Origin: Candidatus Uhrbacteria bacterium
GTDB taxonomy: Bacteria; Patescibacteriota; Patescibacteriia; UBA9934; GWF2-40-263
Assembly (NCBI GenBank): GCA_013204385.1
Contig: JABMNY010000003.1
Location: 14,270-78,269, forward strand
Direction: 5' to 3'
Length of the DNA stretch: 64,000 nucleotides
The notes beneath the pieces were generated by a model that made no database searches, had not been told where the DNA came from, and saw nothing but the letters and a program-made list of their open reading frames with translations. Positions within the stretch are counted from its first letter, which is position 1. Each line of letters begins with the position of its first letter. Positions 58,284 to 64,000 of this stretch are shown here, piece by piece. Both the position numbers and the translations under genes were made by a program.

Positions 58284-58829
58284 ATGGCAAAACAGACAGC
58301 CAATTTTGGACGACGATGGTTTGCGATCCACACCTACTCAGGATACGAGGAAAACGTGATGGAAAACTTGAACCAGCGTATTGAAACAATGGACATGGAA
58401 GAAAAGATCTTCAGTGTTCTTGTTCCGAAAGAAAAGAAAATTAAAATCAAGAACGGAAAACGAAAAGTCATCGAAGAAAAGATTTTTCCTGGATATGTTC
58501 TTGTGGAGATGCTCGTAACCGATGATTCTTGGTACGTTGTTCGAAACACCCCAAACGTCACAGGTTTTATTGGAACAGGAACCACTCCAACACCAATCGC
58601 AGAGGAAGAAATGGAAGCGCTTAAAAAACGCATGGGAGTGGATGAGCCTGAATTTAAGATGGATGTCGAAAAAGGATCTTCTATTCAAATCACAGACGGA
58701 CCATTTAAAGGTCAAGAAGGAAAAGTATCTGAAGTTGACGAAGAACGTGGAAAAGTCAAAGTGCTTGTTAACCTCTTTGGTCGAGAAACACCTGTGGAAC
58801 TCGACTTCTTGCAAGTTAAGAAGATTTAA
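58284..58829 (+). CDS. nusG: Transcription antitermination factor NusG
   Basis: WFAIHTYSGYEENV NGN domain; KOW C-terminus. Confidence 0.9.
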   Translation: MAKQTANFGRRWFAIHTYSGYEENVMENLNQRIETMDMEEKIFSVLVPKEKKIKIKNGKRKVIEEKIFPGYVLVEMLVTDDSWYVVRNTPNVTGFIGTGTTPTPIAEEEMEALKKRMGVDEPEFKMDVEKGSSIQITDGPFKGQEGKVSEVDEERGKVKVLVNLFGRETPVELDFLQVKKI

Positions 58830-58834
58830 CCTCT

Positions 58835-59338
58835 ATGCCTCCTCGTCGCATTCTTGAAATTGGACCAGGACCCAGTCCTCTCCATCATCGAGGAATAGAA
58901 AACTCCCTGCAACTAAAGGACAATGAAGAGTATCACGGCATTGACTCACACGAAGGAATGTCTGAAAGAACCGTCTGGAAGCAAGCAAAGGAAGAATATG
59001 GAGATCGTGTGTTTCTGTATCAAGGGGATCGCACTGACCTCCATCAAATTGCAAACAACAGCATGGACGAACTTGTCGCTCTAGGAACCTATGGTCGAAA
59101 CGGAAAAGCCGTTCGCGAGTTTGATCGTGTTCTTAAAGAAGGTGGAAAACTTCTGTTGGGAACCAACACATCAAATGAACAGGCACTTCGTGAATCTTGG
59201 GGAGCCCGTCTTGAGCGACGTGGGTATCAAGAACTTCCCTCCAAAACAAAGCGATATACCCATAAAGGAAATACTTCTGCTGAATCTCCTTTTATCGTCC
59301 TGGTTTGGCAAAAAGGCTATTCTGAGGAATCGCATTGA
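58835..59338 (+). CDS. Small class I SAM-dependent methyltransferase inserted between nusG and rplK
   Basis: motif I ILEIGPGPSP. Confidence 0.55.
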   Translation: MPPRRILEIGPGPSPLHHRGIENSLQLKDNEEYHGIDSHEGMSERTVWKQAKEEYGDRVFLYQGDRTDLHQIANNSMDELVALGTYGRNGKAVREFDRVLKEGGKLLLGTNTSNEQALRESWGARLERRGYQELPSKTKRYTHKGNTSAESPFIVLVWQKGYSEESH

Positions 59339-59419
59339 CAAAAAACCCATTTCCATCAATAATCACCCCGTTAATCCTTAGCTGTGGTTGCCTGTAAAAT
59401 AGGAATCCACTTAAAAAGT

Positions 59420-59842
59420 ATGGCAAAAAAACTTGTTACTCAAATCAAATTGCAGGTTCCAGGTGGAGCAGCAACTCCAGCCCCTCCAATTGGACCAGCG
59501 CTTGGACAGCATGGTCTCCCTATTCAAGAGTTCGTTGTTCGTTTTAACAACGACACACAAGATCGACGTGGAGAAATTGTTCCAGTGGTCATCTCTGTGT
59601 ACGACGATCGAACATTCGACTTCATTTTAAAGACTGCCCCGGCGTCTGACATGATTTTGAAAGCAGCGGGCATCAAAAAAGGATCAGGAAATCCTTTGAC
59701 GACAAAAGTTGGATCTATCACCCAGGCGCAACTCAAAGAAATCGCAGAGAAGAAAATGCCTGACCTCAATACAAATGACACAGAAGCTGCCATGAAAATC
59801 ATTGCAGGGACCTGTCGTCAGATGGGAGTCGAAATCAAGTAG
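59420..59842 (+). CDS. rplK: 50S ribosomal protein L11
   Basis: [29 protein letters not shown]. Confidence 0.95.
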   Translation: MAKKLVTQIKLQVPGGAATPAPPIGPALGQHGLPIQEFVVRFNNDTQDRRGEIVPVVISVYDDRTFDFILKTAPASDMILKAAGIKKGSGNPLTTKVGSITQAQLKEIAEKKMPDLNTNDTEAAMKIIAGTCRQMGVEIK

Positions 59843-59969
59843 AGACCTCTACAAAAGCGCGTCTTTTCGTCTCACGGGCACCCGCTGACCCCGTTCTCCC
59901 TACGTTTTAGTAGGGTTCTCGGTTTCAGCAGCCCGTTCAACGAAAATCCATCACTTTTTCAGAGGTCTC
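59843..59969 (+). repeat. 129-nt terminal-inverted-repeat element (copy B) between rplK stop and rplA
   Basis: agagacctctacaaaag...ctttttcagaggtctc; ~90% identical to reverse complement of 11337-11465. Confidence 0.6.
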
Positions 59970-60036
59970 GTAAGTCTAATCATTCATTACTGTGGGAGGT
60001 GTGAGATACTCTCAGACCGACCGAACCACTACCTGT

Positions 60037-60720
60037 ATGCCAAGTAAACGTTTTCAAGCAGCCAAGACCCTTGTTGATAAAAACAAGGTCTACACAATCA
60101 CCGAAGCGATTGCCCTCACAAAGAAAGCGGCGACCGCCAAGTATGACGAAGCAATCGAACTTCACCTTCGTATCGGAATCGATCCAACAAAGTCAGACCA
60201 GCAAATTCGTGGAACCATTTCCCTTCCACATGGAACAGGAAAAACCAAGCGTGTTGCTGCGTTCGTAGAGGGAGACAAGGAAGCAGACGCAAAAGCTGCT
60301 GGGGCAGACATTGTTGGAGGAGAAGAACTCATCGCAACAATTGCTGCAAAGGGAACCATCGACTTTGATGTCGCAGTTGCCACACCAGCCATGATGCCAA
60401 AACTTGCAAAGCTTGCTCGACTCTTAGGACCTCGTGGTCTGATGCCAAACCCAAAAACAGACACTGTTTCTCCAAACGTCACCAAGATGATTGAGGAGCA
60501 AAAGGCGGGTAAGGAAAGTTTTAAGAACGACAACACTGCAAACATCCACCAGATCTTTGGACGGAAGTCTTTCACAGAAGCACAACTCGAAGAAAACCTT
60601 CGAGCGCTCCTAGAAACACTGAAACGCATGAAGCCACAGTCTTCAAAAGGAATTTATTTGAAGAGTGCAACCATTGCGTCAACCATTGGTCCTGGAATCA
60701 AAGTAGATATAAACTCATAA
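60037..60720 (+). CDS. rplA: 50S ribosomal protein L1
   Basis: Start at MPSKRFQAAK. Confidence 0.95.
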   Translation: MPSKRFQAAKTLVDKNKVYTITEAIALTKKAATAKYDEAIELHLRIGIDPTKSDQQIRGTISLPHGTGKTKRVAAFVEGDKEADAKAAGADIVGGEELIATIAAKGTIDFDVAVATPAMMPKLAKLARLLGPRGLMPNPKTDTVSPNVTKMIEEQKAGKESFKNDNTANIHQIFGRKSFTEAQLEENLRALLETLKRMKPQSSKGIYLKSATIASTIGPGIKVDINS

Positions 60721-60730
60721 TCTCCATAAA

Positions 60731-60758
60731 AACACCCGCCTTCTGGCGGGTGTTTTTT
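60731..60758. terminator. Bidirectional intrinsic terminator
   Basis: aacacccgccttctggcgggtgtt + TTTTT. Confidence 0.7.
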
Positions 60759-61068
60759 ATGAACGACGACCACCAAACATCCCACCAAACCATCCTCTTC
60801 CTGTTTCTGTTTTTGTTTCAACCTGAGACTCTTTTAACATATCCTCTAATGGAATTTCTTTGATCAGTTGAGCTATCTCTGCACCAGAGGGTGGATTTGC
60901 GTGATCAAGACGTGCTTGTATTTCTTCAAGCGCTTGAACAAGTGCAGGAACATTTTGAAGCTGATACTTGGAACCTTGCATCAAACGATGATGATCAATA
61001 ATTGCTGTCGTTCTTTGAAGTTGCGCCTTCAACTCAAAAAGAACATCTTCTATCTCATTTCTTTTCAT
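60757..61068 (-). CDS. Hypothetical 103-aa coiled-coil protein
   Basis: ORF only. Confidence 0.4.
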   Translation of the reverse strand: MKRNEIEDVLFELKAQLQRTTAIIDHHRLMQGSKYQLQNVPALVQALEEIQARLDHANPPSGAEIAQLIKEIPLEDMLKESQVETKTETGRGWFGGMFGGRRS

Positions 61069-61170
61069 ATGATCAAATTATATCATAGTGTTTTTGTAGA
61101 TAAAACCTGAAGGTACGTTGATTGACAGGATCACCTCATATTGCTAGCCTCACCCACAAGGAGGTGAACT

Positions 61171-61647
61171 GTGTTCAATTTACAAGATCCCCCACCACGT
61201 CGGTGGATCGAACCAACCATCAAGGAGTATACCGGTCCTGAACGGGTTGGAGTCCTTGCAATAAGTTTCATTGTCCAAGAACGCGACAAACATCCGGATC
61301 TGGCGCTGGCTCAGCGTATTGTCGGAGATCATCCCCACTTTCTCTACGGATCCAATGCTGGGAATCGCTACGCTCATGCAGGATGGGCTTATCTGACCCT
61401 TGGTCTGGACGATGAGGCTTGGCGAGTCCTTGTCACCATCGAGCGCACAGCCATGCACTTTCTCAAGATGAAAAGGTTCCCTGCTCCTACCCCTACTGCC
61501 CTCGTATTCATCTACACGGCACTGCGCATGGGAAAACTCGACTCCGCATATCTTGGAATCCAGCTCGCTCGCCTGCGCCGACTCACCTTCCAAGAAAAAG
61601 AAGATCTCTCAATGCTCGATCAAGCCTGCATCCAAGCAGCCATCTAG
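61171..61647 (+). CDS. 158-aa orphan protein, GTG start with AAGGAGGTG RBS, elevated GC
   Basis: ORF + RBS; no motif recognised. Confidence 0.5.
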   Translation: MFNLQDPPPRRWIEPTIKEYTGPERVGVLAISFIVQERDKHPDLALAQRIVGDHPHFLYGSNAGNRYAHAGWAYLTLGLDDEAWRVLVTIERTAMHFLKMKRFPAPTPTALVFIYTALRMGKLDSAYLGIQLARLRRLTFQEKEDLSMLDQACIQAAI

Positions 61648-61649
61648 CA

Positions 61650-61725
61650 CTGCCCCGTTCCAAACACGGGGACCTGCCCACCAAAGCTCTTCGAGCGACG
61701 GTGGGTTTTATTATTTTCAAATCTG
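61650..61725 (+). terminator. Tandem hairpins + U-tract terminator module (copy of 35256-35336)
   Basis: ccccgttccaaacacgggg; cccaccaaagctcttcgagcgacggtggg + TTTTATTATTTT. Confidence 0.55.
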
Positions 61726-61743
61726 TGGCAGGCTAGAGGTACT

Positions 61744-62400
61744 ATGTCCATCCTTACACGATCTGAAATCACAAAACACATTACAGACCAACAGCTGGTA
61801 TTCACCCCCGCATTGGATCAGTTTCAACTCCAGCCACATGCAGTCGATCTTCGACTTGGCTACAAATTTCTCATACCACGCAACTGGACCGTGGATGAAA
61901 AAGGACGTCGTGCCATCAACATGTCGATCGATGACATCGATGCGCATCGCGATCAGTTCGATGAAGTCCAGCTCCAACCAGGACAATACTTCGATCTCCT
62001 CCCAAACGAATTCGTGATTGGGACAAGTCTCGAACGCATCGAAATAAACGCGATGAACCTGATGGCGATTCTCTTCCCTCGCACGAGCACAAACCGTCGT
62101 GGGATCGACCTCTCCCTTTCAGGCATCATCGACACCGGCTACAAGGGACACCTGATCTTCCCAATGAAGAACGAAGCGGGCGACCAAGTCATTCGCATCT
62201 ATCCAGGCGAGCGCGTCTGCCAAGTCATTTTCCAAGAACTCAACCACCCCCTCACCCCAGAAGAAGCCAACCTCCACGGCCTCTCTGCTGCCAAGTACAG
62301 CGGATCAGGTTCGCAAGGCTTCAAACTCGACAAAGACGAAGAGCGACAGATGCTCATCTCAGGAAAACTCGACGATTTGAAAAAGGAATACGGACTTTAA
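61744..62400 (+). CDS. dcd: dCTP deaminase / dUTPase-fold protein
   Basis: 218 aa; MSILTRSEI...VDLRLG dCTP deaminase N-terminus. Confidence 0.8.
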   Translation: MSILTRSEITKHITDQQLVFTPALDQFQLQPHAVDLRLGYKFLIPRNWTVDEKGRRAINMSIDDIDAHRDQFDEVQLQPGQYFDLLPNEFVIGTSLERIEINAMNLMAILFPRTSTNRRGIDLSLSGIIDTGYKGHLIFPMKNEAGDQVIRIYPGERVCQVIFQELNHPLTPEEANLHGLSAAKYSGSGSQGFKLDKDEERQMLISGKLDDLKKEYGL

Positions 62401-62403
62401 ATA

Positions 62404-62431
62404 AAATCAGCCCAAAACGGGCTGATTTTTG
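62404..62431 (+). terminator. Intrinsic terminator after dcd
   Basis: aaatcagcccaaaacgggctgattttt. Confidence 0.65.
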
Positions 62432-62616
62432 TTTGGTTTGTCCCAAAATAGATTGACAAAAGACTGTTTTTATAGTACCTTTGCCTGTTCGCTTTTTTAT
62501 TCTGATCTTGTGAAACCAGCGCTCATTACGTTGATTTCGCCAGAGCAGAAAATGGCGGCGCAGGGAGGGTGGCGATAGCTTTCCCATGTGTATCCTTATC
62601 GCATTCGAGGTTTGTC

Positions 62617-64000
62617 ATGAAATTCAACACTTACGTTGGTTCCAACAACTGGAAGAAGGTTGAGATTCAGGTTCCAGACGGCAAATGGGCTCTGAGAATC
62701 AAGCTCTCGACTTCCCTGACTTCACACCCACAGGACAAGCGCTTCGGGATCAACCAAGAGGGACACTCGGACGCACGCCTGCGTCCACATACCCAGGTGG
62801 TCACTCGATTCGTACGAGTCCTAGGAGTGGCTGAAGATGCGGTCACGATCCACCAGATCAACGACCATCACGATCGAGAGTCCCACCACTGGATCAACGA
62901 TCTCGATCTCCTGCTCGTGTGTGATCAACCCTTCGCGGTTCTCACCATCAGTGACGACCAGGAATTCCCCAGCCAGAGTGGCTACCGACGAGCCAGCATC
63001 CGGGTCGCTCGGCAGGTCCACAAGGGTGAACTGTCGCAGACGTTCAGACCAGTCGTGCTCAGAAGCACCGAGAGCGACCTGCAGATCAATCATGCGCCGG
63101 TGCAATACGTTCAACTGAAGGATGTTGCACAAGCCATCAACATCGATCCCCTCGAATGTCTGCGCACCTTCGCTGTTGTCTCGCCCTCGAGCTACTACGA
63201 AGCGAATGCGTCGATCTCGCACCGGGGTGCACGGTATCGCATTTACGAGACTGTCCCACAGGGCGGTGACTGTACTGGTGCAAGTCAGTGGGGAGAGACA
63301 GCGATCAGCTGGGAAACCTTCCAGGCGAACATGAACACGAAGGGTTGGCATTCGGACCAGATCTTCATTCCCATGGCCTGGGCGCGCGACATTCTCATCC
63401 TCGCGCACTTCGGGTTCATCCCAGGAGTGAACGAGAAGCCGGAGCGTTCCTTCCTGATCAAGGCCGAACAGCCCGAACCCTACACTATCCTCGGACTCCT
63501 GCCTGTACTCCCGATCGACGAGATCCGAGAACTGCGGGGCTCCATCCAGAAGGCACGAACACCTGGAGAGTGGAACGCTCTGGTAAAAGCGACCCTGGGT
63601 CCCCAGAAACAGAGCGCGACGCACCCCAAAGACCGCCCCTTCACAGACAGAGACCGATCTGCCTTCGAGTGTTGGGTCGAGACCGTGACTGGTCATAGCA
63701 ACTGGGCTCAGGCGCAGGACCTCAACGACACCGGCAGTTTCGTCTACCACAACGACTTCCGTGTCCTGCGACTCTTCAACGATCGTCTCTCGATCGCAAC
63801 CAGCTTCTGGTCACGAGGTGGCGCAGATAAAGGACAGTACTGGGCCGGTTTCATCGCTGTACACCCAGAGATCGCTGTGGATCCCAGGCGTGAACCCGCG
63901 CTCTACAGGCTGATGATCTGGCCTGACCAGATCCTTCGCCAGACGCCAATCGGTGTGGAAGGAGGATTCTTCCCAGAGATCGAAGGCATCGAGCCCGAGA
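62617..64000 (+). CDS. Large (>460 aa) orphan protein, ~58% GC, open to window end
   Basis: Uninterrupted frame from ATG 62617 (GAGG RBS) to position 64000; MKFNTYVGSNNWKKVEIQVPDGKW...; absent from ORF track because it has no stop within window. Confidence 0.55.
   Translation, partial: MKFNTYVGSNNWKKVEIQVPDGKWALRIKLSTSLTSHPQDKRFGINQEGHSDARLRPHTQVVTRFVRVLGVAEDAVTIHQINDHHDRESHHWINDLDLLLVCDQPFAVLTISDDQEFPSQSGYRRASIRVARQVHKGELSQTFRPVVLRSTESDLQINHAPVQYVQLKDVAQAINIDPLECLRTFAVVSPSSYYEANASISHRGARYRIYETVPQGGDCTGASQWGETAISWETFQANMNTKGWHSDQIFIPMAWARDILILAHFGFIPGVNEKPERSFLIKAEQPEPYTILGLLPVLPIDEIRELRGSIQKARTPGEWNALVKATLGPQKQSATHPKDRPFTDRDRSAFECWVETVTGHSNWAQAQDLNDTGSFVYHNDFRVLRLFNDRLSIATSFWSRGGADKGQYWAGFIAVHPEIAVDPRREPALYRLMIWPDQILRQTPIGVEGGFFPEIEGIEPE

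Noticed and set aside
62821-63750. 309-aa minus-strand ORF in the terminal high-GC region
   Set aside because: Lies entirely antisense to a longer uninterrupted plus-strand frame with RBS and promoter; high GC inflates spurious antisense ORFs.

Overview
This 64 kb window reads as a compact bacterial chromosome segment. I think it is a Patescibacteria/CPR-like genome, an inference from reduced paralog content, a truncated TsaB, DUF4012+GT2 envelope genes and a TM0106 RecB-like nuclease. Bulk GC is roughly 45-48% with dense, often overlapping genes.

I could recognise these housekeeping genes: mreB (partial), a DUF4012/GT2 glycan cluster, rplL-rplJ, pyrH, xseA-xseB, ppiB, metK, a lexA/GNAT/dinB SOS cluster, malic enzyme, uvrD, mltG, nth, gpmI-eno-pgk-gap, tsf-rpsB, rpmE-prfA-prmC, rplY, rodA/ftsW, gyrB, secE-nusG-(MTase)-rplK-rplA and dcd. 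I found no rRNA, tRNA, CRISPR array, integrase or transposase.

Set into this background are several higher-GC insertions, each with near-consensus TTGACA-N17/18 promoters, strong GGAG/AGGAGG ribosome-binding sites and their own hairpin terminators:
- a PP2C phosphatase gene;
- an overlapping three-gene operon encoding an E2(UBC)-like fusion protein, a ThiF/E1-like protein and a small beta-grasp-sized protein with an internal GG plus an 11-residue tail (a candidate ubiquitin-like conjugation system lacking any JAB or cyclase partner);
- an orphan 441-aa basic protein convergent with a promoter-driven 46-aa hydrophobic peptide;
- a 158-aa orphan;
- a >460-aa orphan ORF running off the 3' end of the window.

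Sequence-level oddities include:
- a 129-nt element with terminal inverted repeats present twice, abutting the stop codons of rplJ and rplK;
- two and a fraction 77-bp tandem repeats at the dinB 3' end whose hairpin stems covary;
- paired hairpin repeats and a 44-nt dyad upstream of lexA;
- duplicated terminator/leader modules shared between the high-GC insertions.

Coordinates derived by hand from the printed sequence may be off by 1-2 nt.
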